Below, piece after piece: positions 1-8,649 of a DNA stretch of 30,637 nucleotides. The translations under genes were made by a program, and so were the position numbers. The stretch covers positions 1 through 30,637 of IMG/VR virus record IMGVR_UViG_3300006752_005132. One strand, 5' to 3'. Every line of letters begins with the position of its first letter. Position 1 is the stretch's first letter. The notes under the pieces were generated by a model, which saw nothing but the letters and a program-made list of their open reading frames with translations, was not told the DNA's origin and did no database searches. The stretch is from a virus. Taxonomy: Duplodnaviria > Caudoviricetes.

Positions 1-252
1 CAACGTGAAAAGGAAGCTGAAGAATTACGCAAGGCCGAAGAAGCACAACGTAAAGCCGACGAACTAGCTAAAAAGAAAGCTGAAGAAGAAGCTGCTAGAG
101 CTAAAGAAGAAGCTGATCGTTTACAACAAGAACGTTTAGAGAGAGAACGTTTAGAGAGAGAACGTTTAGAAAAAGAACGTAAAGAAAAAGAAAAACCAGG
201 TGACGATACAGACTCTAGTCCTAATGTAATACAGTTACCGGATTTTAGTTAG
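1..252 (+). CDS. 3' end of a Glu/Arg/Lys-rich helical (coiled-coil or single alpha-helix) protein, truncated by the window start
   Basis: Frame 1 is open from base 1 to TAG at 250-252 and reads QREKEAEELRKAEEAQRKADELAKKKAEEEAARAKEEADRLQQERLERERLERERLEKERKEKEKPGDDTDSSPNVIQLPDFS. It is missing from the ORF track because no start codon lies in the window. Confidence 0.85.
   Translation, partial: QREKEAEELRKAEEAQRKADELAKKKAEEEAARAKEEADRLQQERLERERLERERLEKERKEKEKPGDDTDSSPNVIQLPDFS
130..180 (+). repeat. In-frame 15-bp tandem repeat encoding ERLER/ERLEK
   Basis: gaacgtttagagaga x2 (130-159), gaacgtttagaaaaa (160-174), gaacgt (175-180). Confidence 0.9.
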
Positions 253-261
253 AGAGATATT

Positions 262-1311
262 ATGAAATATGCAGATATAAAAATAGTAGAACAAACAGCA
301 AAGAAAATGTTTGATTATGATGATGCTGATTTGTTCAAACTTGTTATCAAAGTAGATTCACAAAAAGATCTTTTTTCAGTAGATAAAGTTCCTTACAGTC
401 TTTTGCTAAAAGGTAAAGAAGCTGTATACAAAAAAATGCAAGACTACATTGAACAATATGCTCCAGAAATCCCTAAGCCTTTTAAAATATTATCTATAAC
501 AACAGTAGATAAAAACGGCGAACAAAGACCATTGGAAGATGTATTACCTACGTTAGACGGCGAAGAAGAACTTGCAAAAGACGACTTTAAAGTTATTGGA
601 ACAGTTGATTTTGCACAGACTAGAATATATGAATATGAACGATGGCTAGCTGATGAAGCTCAAACAGAATTTAAAAGAGATCAACGTACTAATTATTTTG
701 ATAAAGATAGATTAAAAGAATTAACTGTAAAAGATGACGGGGAAATGGCTGGAGCTTTGATAGACCCAACAACAGGAAAAGCAGTTGGTGCTATTGCAGG
801 AACTCCTGCAGCTAAAAAGATAGATGCCTATGTACAAGATAACCAAAATGTAGATACTATTGTTGGAATTGTTGAAATAGGTTCTGGAGGCGGTTCTGAC
901 TCTGAAGGCAAAGATGGTAAAGAAGGTGAAGATGGAGAAGAAGGCGAGCCATTAGCTGCTGGCGAGGTACAAGACCTTGTAGATGAATTTTACAAAGGCA
1001 TGCATCCAGATTTATTTGGTCTAGGTGATTGGACAAGGTCTGACTGGTGGGGTACTGATGAACACCTTATACTTAGAGCATTGAAAAAAATAAGAAATAG
1101 AAAACAAATGCAACAAGTGTGGGACGCCTACATGGAAAAATACGACGAACATCTAAGTCAAGAAATAATGACAGAATATTTTTTATCTGCTAAAAGACAC
1201 AAAGGCATAGATAAAATTCATGTAGAACAATTAAATCGTGAATTTAAAAGACTGGGTCTTTATTTTAGGAATGAAGATTATTTAAGACGAATTGAAAAGT
1301 GGGGAAGATAA
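262..1311 (+). CDS. Acidic phage protein with a C-terminal annexin-like repeat; possible head-internal protein
   Basis: 349 aa ORF. A Gly/Glu/Asp linker is followed by EFYKGM...WGTDEHLILRALKKIRNRKQMQQVWDAYMEKYDEHLSQEIMTE, which matches the annexin repeat pattern. Confidence 0.6.
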   Translation: MKYADIKIVEQTAKKMFDYDDADLFKLVIKVDSQKDLFSVDKVPYSLLLKGKEAVYKKMQDYIEQYAPEIPKPFKILSITTVDKNGEQRPLEDVLPTLDGEEELAKDDFKVIGTVDFAQTRIYEYERWLADEAQTEFKRDQRTNYFDKDRLKELTVKDDGEMAGALIDPTTGKAVGAIAGTPAAKKIDAYVQDNQNVDTIVGIVEIGSGGGSDSEGKDGKEGEDGEEGEPLAAGEVQDLVDEFYKGMHPDLFGLGDWTRSDWWGTDEHLILRALKKIRNRKQMQQVWDAYMEKYDEHLSQEIMTEYFLSAKRHKGIDKIHVEQLNREFKRLGLYFRNEDYLRRIEKWGR

Positions 1312-1317
1312 TAAGAT

Positions 1318-2796
1318 ATGCAACACTTTTATGACGGACAGATAAGACGCTACATAACACAAATGGTACGCCTTATGAGTAACTTTAGTTACAAAGACGG
1401 CAAAGGAAATCTTACACAGATACCGGTTATGTATGGCGATCTTACACGACAAGTTGCAAACATAATACGAGAAAATTCAGAAAATAAAATACCTAGTGCG
1501 CCACGCATGAGTGTTTATATCACAGCCTTAGCTATGGATACAGCAAGACTTGCTGATTCAAGTTATATTAATAAAGTTAACATACGCGAACAGGCATATG
1601 ATTCTAATGGCAACGAGTACTTAAACAAAGAAGGCAAAAACTATACAGTTGAAAGACTAATGCCTACACCATATATCCTTACAGTTAATGTGGATATTTG
1701 GAGTTCTAATACAGATCAAAAATTACAAATATTAGAACAAATTCTAATGTTGTTTAACCCTAGTTTAGAAATACAAACCACAGACAACTATATTGATTGG
1801 ACAAGTTTAAGTGTAGTTAATTTAGAACAATTAAATTTTAGTAGTAGAACAGTACCTGTTGGAGTTGACAGCGAAATAGATGTAGCAACAATGACATTTA
1901 ATACACCAATTTATATTAGTCCACCTGTTAAAGTAAAGCGTCTCGGTGTTATTACACAAGTAGTACAAAGTATTTTTAATGAAACCAAAGGCACTATTGA
2001 TTTAGATCTTGCAAGACCTACTGCACAAGCATATGACGATGCACCGGTTCCACAGAGTGATGTAACAACTAGAATTGCTGTTGCTGGCACAGGTGAAATT
2101 GAAGAACAAATTTTAAGTGAAGGCATGTTAAAAACAGATGTCGATTCGCTAGTTACAACAGGACACGATAATTACGGAATATTAGTACTTGGAACAACAG
2201 CTAAATTAATCAATAAAGGCGTAGTTGGTGCAGAAACTTGGACAGGATATACAAAAGATATGCCGTTCAACTTTCAAGATGGAGTTACTGAATTACGATT
2301 AAGACGCACAGATCTAACTAATGAACTAGTAGGTACTGTAGTTATAAATCCTTTAGATGAATACGAGTTAACAATTTCTTGGGACGCTGATAGCTTCCCA
2401 GCAGATACAATCATGCATGGTCCAAATGGTGATAGAAACAAAATAGATTATATTATTAATCCGTATAAAACAAATCCAACATCGTTAAAATCAGGAAATC
2501 CACGTATACTAATACTAGCAGACATTAACAATAGTGCTAATGTAGAAGATGCAGCATATGACGGTCCCGATGCTTGGAAGAACAATGACGGATCAGAGTT
2601 TGTAGCATCAGCTAACGACATTATTGAATGGGACGGTACTAGTTGGCATATTGTATTTGATGCTAGTACTGATGACAGTACTGTTGTTTATACTACTAAT
2701 CTTAACACAGGTAAACAATACAAGTACGAAAATGATGATTGGATCTTATCATACGACGGCGAATACCAAAACGGAACCTGGCGCCTAGCTTATTAA
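1318..2796 (+). CDS. T4 gp15-like tail terminator / tail sheath stabilizer with a C-terminal extension
   Basis: N-terminal HFYDGQIRRY...IPVMYG...PRMS...PTPYILTVNVDIW...QILEQILMLFNPSL pattern typical of gp15-like proteins. About 280 aa of extra C-terminal sequence ends in a NDIIEWDGTSW...YKYENDDW module. Confidence 0.75.
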   Translation: MQHFYDGQIRRYITQMVRLMSNFSYKDGKGNLTQIPVMYGDLTRQVANIIRENSENKIPSAPRMSVYITALAMDTARLADSSYINKVNIREQAYDSNGNEYLNKEGKNYTVERLMPTPYILTVNVDIWSSNTDQKLQILEQILMLFNPSLEIQTTDNYIDWTSLSVVNLEQLNFSSRTVPVGVDSEIDVATMTFNTPIYISPPVKVKRLGVITQVVQSIFNETKGTIDLDLARPTAQAYDDAPVPQSDVTTRIAVAGTGEIEEQILSEGMLKTDVDSLVTTGHDNYGILVLGTTAKLINKGVVGAETWTGYTKDMPFNFQDGVTELRLRRTDLTNELVGTVVINPLDEYELTISWDADSFPADTIMHGPNGDRNKIDYIINPYKTNPTSLKSGNPRILILADINNSANVEDAAYDGPDAWKNNDGSEFVASANDIIEWDGTSWHIVFDASTDDSTVVYTTNLNTGKQYKYENDDWILSYDGEYQNGTWRLAY

Positions 2797-2809
2797 AATA
2801 ACTACTAGT

Positions 2810-3244
2810 ATGGACAATAAAACTATTATTTGTAGTGGCGCATTAGTGTATGCAAGATCAACAAAAAGATTCTTATTATTACATAGAACACAAGGTAGAG
2901 CCAAAGACGTATGGGGTCTAGTAGGTGGCACTAACGAAAAAGCTGAAACTCCGTGGGAAGGTTTACGTAGAGAAATTTTTGAAGAGATCGGTGAAATAGA
3001 AATTAAAAAAACTATTCCATTAGAGACGTTTATTTCAAATGATGATAAGTTTCATTTTCATACATATCTATGTGTAGTTGATGATGAATTTATTCCTAAG
3101 TTAAACAATGAACATAACGGATATGCTTGGACTACATTTAAAAGTTGGCCAAAGCCGTTACACAATGGCTTAAGAAATACCTTGACAAACAAGGTAAATC
3201 AAACTAAATTAGAAACAATATTTAAAGTAATGGATTTATTATGA
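2810..3244 (+). CDS. NUDIX hydrolase
   Basis: NUDIX box GGTNEKAETPWEGLRREIFEEIG plus a downstream LNNEHNGYAW motif. Confidence 0.9.
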   Translation: MDNKTIICSGALVYARSTKRFLLLHRTQGRAKDVWGLVGGTNEKAETPWEGLRREIFEEIGEIEIKKTIPLETFISNDDKFHFHTYLCVVDDEFIPKLNNEHNGYAWTTFKSWPKPLHNGLRNTLTNKVNQTKLETIFKVMDLL

Positions 3245-3600
3245 ACGACAATGTAGATAAAAGTAGTTTTGGATACGAAGCAACTTGGGCTAAAACTGAT
3301 AATTATGTATCAAAAATTTTAGTATTTGAAAATGTCGGAAGCGGCTTGCCGATGCACTTTCATAAAACTACTGAAAAATCTTGGTTTGTAAACAGCGGCA
3401 ATTTTAAAATTGCTTGGATAGATACCGCTGACGGTATGTTATACGAAAAAGAAATAAAAGAAGGTAGTGTATTTCATGTACCTCCTTGTATGCCAGTTGG
3501 TTTAGAAAGTATAATGGATGGCGGAAGTATTACCCAAACTAGTAACAAAGATCCTAGTTTAGATTTCTTCCAACTAAGACCTACTCCAAAGGAAGACTAA
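3241..3600 (+). CDS. Cupin-fold protein, degenerate paralog of 10614-10976
   Basis: GYE...Y.SKIL.F...MHFHK...SWFVNSG.F...FHVPP aligns by eye with the minus-strand cupin. ATGA overlap with the NUDIX gene. Confidence 0.75.
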   Translation: MNDNVDKSSFGYEATWAKTDNYVSKILVFENVGSGLPMHFHKTTEKSWFVNSGNFKIAWIDTADGMLYEKEIKEGSVFHVPPCMPVGLESIMDGGSITQTSNKDPSLDFFQLRPTPKED

Positions 3601-3851
3601 TGTTATCATTAAACAACAGCGAAAAATTTCAAAACGAACTTGCAGATTTTGAACAAAAGATTTCAAAAATTACATTAGATAAAAGTAAAAAGCAAGCACA
3701 ACAAATGTTGCAAAAATTAAAAAGTCATGTTGTGTTAATTAATAACGGTCATGCATCTGAACATGACGGCAACATAGATCCGCATACACTAAGAGAAAAT
3801 GTTGTTGAATTGCAAAGACTAAGATATAATCTACAAGTTTTTCTTAAATAG
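3600..3851 (+). CDS. Hypothetical small helical protein
   Basis: 83 aa ORF coupled by TAATG to the upstream gene; its 3' end overlaps the convergent minus-strand gene by 8 nt. Confidence 0.7.
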   Translation: MLSLNNSEKFQNELADFEQKISKITLDKSKKQAQQMLQKLKSHVVLINNGHASEHDGNIDPHTLRENVVELQRLRYNLQVFLK

Positions 3852-5442
3852 CACTTATTCTTTTTATAGTTATAGCACCAACCATACTTATATGTGATAA
3901 ACACTGGTATCTATAGTTAGGTGGACTACCTAAAGTTTCTTGTATTCTCCAATACAATGTTCCTGAACTTTTACCTTGTGCATTAGATCCTGTTGAAACA
4001 GTCCCATCAGTTGCAACATGAACTAAACCAGTGTTATAATTTGTTCCTGTACTATCTTGAATAGCAAAAGGATGCCCACCAATGGCTGTTAAATCAAATG
4101 CTACTGTTGTTCCACTTAAAACAAATATAGTTGGATTCGAACCACTGTAGTGACTGTCAAATTCATAAGATGAAGAACCAGTGTTTGTAACTCTAAATGT
4201 TGTAATTGCTGATTCATAAAAATTAGCAGGGGTTAGTCCTGAAGGTGCATCTGTTAAATCACCAAATGCAACTGATGATGCTGCTGTAATAGTTATACTA
4301 TCTGTTGAAGCATTTGTTGAAAGACTTATGCCTGTTCCTGCAATTAAGTTAAAAGTATCTGTAGGAGTGTCTGCAACTACATTATCTTCACCGCCAATAG
4401 CAATAGTACTAAATGCATTTTGGTTGACGTCGCCGCCACCGCCGCCTGCATTACTTACCCAAGCGTAATCTGTGCCTGTCCAACTAAGCACTTCGTTGTT
4501 ACTTGCTGTACCTGTGTTAAGATGTGTGTCAACACTAGCATCAGTATAGCTTGCACCAGTTAATAAATTTGTAGTATCAGTTAAGTCGCTTACATCAGCT
4601 GGTATTGTAGTATCTCCTGCTAAAGCAGTAGTTGATGTTGTTCCTAATACAAGTGCATCAGTGATACCATATCCTGATATTGTTGTTGGTTTACCAGTAA
4701 GATCGGTAAACGCAACACTTGTAAGATATGTACTTAAATCTGGTGGTGTATATTTAAATATACCAGTTGTGTTATCATAACTTATAGCACCAGTACCCGA
4801 AGCTGTGTTAGCAGGACCTACACTTAGACCTGTTAATGTAAGAACACTAGGAGTATTTGTAAAGTTAGTATAATCTAAAAAATATGCACTATCAAATCCG
4901 TCTAGCGTATCTGCATCTGTTCCGCCGCCGCCTGTAGTAGCATCCGCACCAGGTGCCCATTTTGCACCATCCCATTTTAAAACATTTCCTGTTGCTGGTG
5001 CAGAGGTTGTTGTATCTACATCACTTAAGAAATCTATACTAAAACTTTGTAAGTTCATTGTTACACTGTCATCATCGGCGTTTCCAACTGACTCTATATT
5101 AGTTCCGCCTGCAAGCGTGAATGAGTCTGTTGTTGTATCAGCAACGACATTTGCACCAGTGTCTGTAACTATTGTTGAAAATGCATTTTGGTTAGCGTCA
5201 CCGCTACCACCTGCTCCTGCATCTGTCCATGCATAGTCAGAACCGTCCCAGCTTAACAATTGATCTGTACTAGCTGTATTTGTGTTTAGGTGTGCGTTAA
5301 CGCTTGCATCAGTGTAAGCTGAAGAGCCTGCGCCGGCGCCGCTTGTGCCAATTTCCCAAGCTGTGCCATTCCAAGTCCATGTAACATCGCCTACTACATG
5401 AGTATCATTTAAGTTTGGATCATTTGGATAATTTATTGCCAT
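3844..5442 (-). CDS. Tail fibre-like virion protein with an internal duplication and a C-terminal cupredoxin-like domain
   Basis: Thr/Gly/Ser/Asp-rich. Fibre motifs include TWTWNGTAW, LSDVDTT...GNVLKWDGAKWAP and FTDLTGKPTTISGYGITDA. The C-terminus carries GHPF...YRYQCLSHISMVGAI. Confidence 0.8.
   Translation of the reverse strand: MAINYPNDPNLNDTHVVGDVTWTWNGTAWEIGTSGAGAGSSAYTDASVNAHLNTNTASTDQLLSWDGSDYAWTDAGAGGSGDANQNAFSTIVTDTGANVVADTTTDSFTLAGGTNIESVGNADDDSVTMNLQSFSIDFLSDVDTTTSAPATGNVLKWDGAKWAPGADATTGGGGTDADTLDGFDSAYFLDYTNFTNTPSVLTLTGLSVGPANTASGTGAISYDNTTGIFKYTPPDLSTYLTSVAFTDLTGKPTTISGYGITDALVLGTTSTTALAGDTTIPADVSDLTDTTNLLTGASYTDASVDTHLNTGTASNNEVLSWTGTDYAWVSNAGGGGGDVNQNAFSTIAIGGEDNVVADTPTDTFNLIAGTGISLSTNASTDSITITAASSVAFGDLTDAPSGLTPANFYESAITTFRVTNTGSSSYEFDSHYSGSNPTIFVLSGTTVAFDLTAIGGHPFAIQDSTGTNYNTGLVHVATDGTVSTGSNAQGKSSGTLYWRIQETLGSPPNYRYQCLSHISMVGAITIKRISAI
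4290..5316 (-). repeat. Two copies of a ~85-aa module within the fibre gene (approx. 5060-5316 and 4290-4548)
   Basis: YTDASVNAHLNTNTASTDQLLSWDGSDYAW...NQNAFSTI...NVVADTTTDSFTLAGGTNI versus YTDASVDTHLNTGTASNNEVLSWTGTDYAW...NQNAFSTI...NVVADTPTDTFNLIAGTGI. Confidence 0.85.
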
Positions 5443-5452
5443 GTTACTACCT

Positions 5453-7024
5453 TTATTCCGTTGTTATAGATAATGCATTTGCACTTGCATATCTACTATA
5501 TAAAATTTTTGCATCTTGCCCAAAAGTACTTGTACTTACCTGATCATAGTCGTTATCTACACCTGTATTATATACAACATCTTTTGAATCTGCTATAATT
5601 TTTGATTTTAATTGTGCTGGTGTTAATGTTGGGGTTGACTCTAAGTGTAAACATAATAGTCCTGCAACTTGCGGAGCCGCCATTGATGTTCCACTTATAC
5701 TCATTTGATAAAAACTCGCATCATCAAAATATGTTATTGGTGCAAATTTACTTGCGTTATATGGTGTGCTACAAGCACTCATAATATCCGAACCCGGTGC
5801 CCATATGTTACATCCTGGGCCTCTACTTGAAAATATACTTGTTCTATCTTTTTCACTACCACCGTCATCTTGTGTAGTACTATCTAAACTAGCTACCATA
5901 TATGCATTTGTGCTATATGGCGAACTACCTCTATGATAGTTAACTGTTGTTGCTCCAAACAATGCATCATTGTCATAATCAGTGCCGCCAAATGCTTCCA
6001 CTTTGTTGTAATTATTACCAGCTGCAATTACTACGTGTATGCCTGCTGAAATCATATCTTCTATTTCTGCATCAACTGTTGCGTTTCTTGTTGACAACCT
6101 AGTTGTTGTTCCACTATTTAATCTTTTAATACCTACGCCTGTTGCTGTTTCTAGCTCTGATCGAGTGCTATAATCAACACCATATGTCCAGGCTGTTCCT
6201 CTGTATGTTCCGCTTGTTGGATCAGCTGTTGTTGAAAACCCGTATCCCCAACTCATGTTAACAACAGTAGGTCTGCCTGCATCAGCGCCTGATTTATTAT
6301 TGTGCCAAATTCTTATACAATCAAATGCATTAGTAATACTAATACCATTGTTTGGATCTGCTGTTCCTTCTAGTCCACCTAATTTTTGGGCATATATTCT
6401 TGCGTTTTTTGCCCAACCAAATGTTTTTCCAACTGATATTCCTGCACAATGAGTACCATGTCCATCGTAGTCTGTGTAAAAGTTTGAGTCTTGTGTTTCG
6501 CCAACAATACCGCTTCCTGCAAACCAGTCAATTTGTTGTACTCTACTTACACCTGCTGCATCTTCAAATTCTGGATGGTCTGCTTGTATGCCACTATCTT
6601 GAACAATAAAGTCAACACCTGTTCCGTCTAAGGCGTAAAGATGATCACCTGATAATGTAGTTGCATCAGCAAACGTATTTGTTGCTTCGTCACATCTACG
6701 TAATCCCCAGTTTACCCAAGTTGAATTATTTCCGGATTGTCTTTCAAATATTGATGTTTGTCGAGCATGCAATCCAATGTCCATATCAGTTCTTTGATCT
6801 GGTGGAATCTCTACAGCAACTACTCTGTCGTCTTGTGCAAGAGTTTCTGCTTCAGCATCTGTAAGCATCCAATGTGTCATACGCTTTGATCCAATTCTTG
6901 GATTTGCTACTGTTACTGCACGATTTGGTATTTGGCCTGCACCTGTGTCAGCTGCTACTTCAGCATCAAAGGCTTCAAGATCAACATCGGCTTTTACAAT
7001 TACTACGTATTCTTTTTCACTCAT
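5453..7024 (-). CDS. Subtilisin-like S8 serine peptidase with an N-terminal prodomain-like region
   Basis: Catalytic motifs IVQDSGI (Asp), GHGTHCAG (His) and SGTSMAAPQVAG (Ser); oxyanion motif IAAGN; VVNMSWG. Confidence 0.92.
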   Translation of the reverse strand: MSEKEYVVIVKADVDLEAFDAEVAADTGAGQIPNRAVTVANPRIGSKRMTHWMLTDAEAETLAQDDRVVAVEIPPDQRTDMDIGLHARQTSIFERQSGNNSTWVNWGLRRCDEATNTFADATTLSGDHLYALDGTGVDFIVQDSGIQADHPEFEDAAGVSRVQQIDWFAGSGIVGETQDSNFYTDYDGHGTHCAGISVGKTFGWAKNARIYAQKLGGLEGTADPNNGISITNAFDCIRIWHNNKSGADAGRPTVVNMSWGYGFSTTADPTSGTYRGTAWTYGVDYSTRSELETATGVGIKRLNSGTTTRLSTRNATVDAEIEDMISAGIHVVIAAGNNYNKVEAFGGTDYDNDALFGATTVNYHRGSSPYSTNAYMVASLDSTTQDDGGSEKDRTSIFSSRGPGCNIWAPGSDIMSACSTPYNASKFAPITYFDDASFYQMSISGTSMAAPQVAGLLCLHLESTPTLTPAQLKSKIIADSKDVVYNTGVDNDYDQVSTSTFGQDAKILYSRYASANALSITTE

Positions 7025-8271
7025 TATACTAAGCTCGCCCAGGCACCGCCTTCATATACTTGTGCTTTATTTAAAGTACTGTCATAAATTATATCACCGT
7101 TTGTAGCACTTAATGCATTTTTTTCTGTTGTAGTAAAACTTGGTAATCTAAAAGGAGCACCTGTTACCACTACAGCGTCTACAGCTTGTAATGTTAAAGT
7201 ACTTGCACTTGTTAGATTAGTAACACCAGTTCCGCTATTTAAAAAAGTAGGTGAACTGATACTTGCAAAAGTTACAGTATCGGTTGTGTTTAAACTTTGA
7301 TCATATGATGATCCACCTGCTGCATCTTCAAATGTAAAGTTTCCTGCTCCGTCTGTAGTAAGCACTTGTGTTGCACTACCATCACTTATTCCTAAATCGG
7401 TAATTGAACTAGGTGCTCCAACTAAACTTGAATAGTTGCCGTCGAATATAGTTGGCTTATTACTTAAATCTTCATAATCGCCACTGAACACATTTCCTGC
7501 AACCGGCTGTACCCATTGACTACTATCAGCGTCTTCTACATATACATATAAGTATCCTGATGTACTGTCATACCAAATACTTCCTGCACTAGGATTCTCT
7601 GGTGCTGTATCACCTACTTCTAAACTTGCTCCGCCGCCTCCTGGAGCTCCTATTAATATTGCGGCACCCATATTTAAATGTTTTTGGCACCAATAATATA
7701 ATGTAGTTGGTGTAGAAGATGTTATAGTAATCTGTACTTCACGCTTTACTGAACGTGAAAAGTTATTCCAATACTGTGCTTGTGTAACTTCAAGCCCTTC
7801 TAATTTATAAACAACTCCCTCTAGATAACTTGTGCCACCACCTAGCTCACCACTGAGGTTGTCTGCACTAAAGTTAAGGGGATGTTGGTTTAATGCGCCG
7901 CCTTCTGGATTTGGAAAGTATAAATTTGTTTGGTCTGATTGATCAAACAAATATGTATATCCTACAACAAATTGTAGTTCTGGTTGTAGTATTCCATCAC
8001 CATTAAAAATATATTTGTTTCCGGCACCTGCTGTACCAATTGTAACATTGTATTTTACTGTAGCAACTTCGGCATTCGCCGCGTTAACACGTAACCTATC
8101 TTGGCTAACTATTTCAAAGCCACCTCGGCTAAGTCCATTATAAACTCTTAGAGTTTTGGTTTCTTTTTCGTAGAAAAGCTCGCCACTTGCGCCAACGTTT
8201 CTATTTAAAAAATCGTTCGGGCGTGGTACTAATCTAACTCTATCGAATACGGGAGCTACAGGTAAGACCAT
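7024..8271 (-). CDS. Tail fibre-like virion protein with a cupredoxin-like domain
   Basis: N-terminal GASGELFY...TLRVYNG..RGG fibre-anchor-like motif; HPLNFS...LYYWCQKHLNMG; AP.NPSAGSIWYDS; FSGDYEDLSNKP; C-terminal LPSFTTTEKNAL...GDIIYDST...QVYEGGAW. Confidence 0.8.
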   Translation of the reverse strand: MVLPVAPVFDRVRLVPRPNDFLNRNVGASGELFYEKETKTLRVYNGLSRGGFEIVSQDRLRVNAANAEVATVKYNVTIGTAGAGNKYIFNGDGILQPELQFVVGYTYLFDQSDQTNLYFPNPEGGALNQHPLNFSADNLSGELGGGTSYLEGVVYKLEGLEVTQAQYWNNFSRSVKREVQITITSSTPTTLYYWCQKHLNMGAAILIGAPGGGGASLEVGDTAPENPSAGSIWYDSTSGYLYVYVEDADSSQWVQPVAGNVFSGDYEDLSNKPTIFDGNYSSLVGAPSSITDLGISDGSATQVLTTDGAGNFTFEDAAGGSSYDQSLNTTDTVTFASISSPTFLNSGTGVTNLTSASTLTLQAVDAVVVTGAPFRLPSFTTTEKNALSATNGDIIYDSTLNKAQVYEGGAWASLV

Positions 8272-8281
8272 AGATTAATCC

Positions 8282-8614
8282 TTAACCTAAAATGCCGTGA
8301 GCTGTAAATGCTGTAATTGCACCAGGTTCAAATTTATGATCTGCTTCACTATTAGATGTAAGAGTAACACTACCTTCTGGTCTTGCTGGATCAACCGACT
8401 GTGCATATCTTTCAGCTATCATGTCGTCTGTTTGGTCAATTTCATAACCAATTGTTTCTACTACCGCACCTGAGTGCAAAGCTGCAAATTCATTTGCTTT
8501 TGCTTCGTCTGGAAATTTACGAATTTCTTCGTATCCATCTCCGTCTGGATCCCAAGTATGATAAAGCATTACACCCTCTTTACTTGGGTGTGGTTTTTTA
8601 ACTGCATATGGCAT
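8282..8614 (-). CDS. Hypothetical acidic protein
   Basis: 110 aa ORF with an AGGAG Shine-Dalgarno (plus-strand ctcct at 8621-8625). Confidence 0.75.
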   Translation of the reverse strand: MPYAVKKPHPSKEGVMLYHTWDPDGDGYEEIRKFPDEAKANEFAALHSGAVVETIGYEIDQTDDMIAERYAQSVDPARPEGSVTLTSNSEADHKFEPGAITAFTAHGILG

Positions 8615-8641
8615 ATATTTCTCCTATAAAAATTACATATA

Positions 8642-8649
8642 TATTTATT
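8642..8649 (-). promoter_or_regulatory. Putative T4-like late promoter AATAAATA
   Basis: One mismatch from T4 late consensus TATAAATA. It overlaps the gmhB stop, lies upstream of structural genes, and recurs at 18577 and 19403. Confidence 0.5.

Noticed and set aside
1-252. Short repeats as a CRISPR array or regulatory repeat
   Set aside because: The repeats are contiguous, in-frame and encode an ER/K helix; there are no spacers.
1911-2126. 71-aa minus-strand ORF
   Set aside because: Antisense shadow inside the gp15-like gene.
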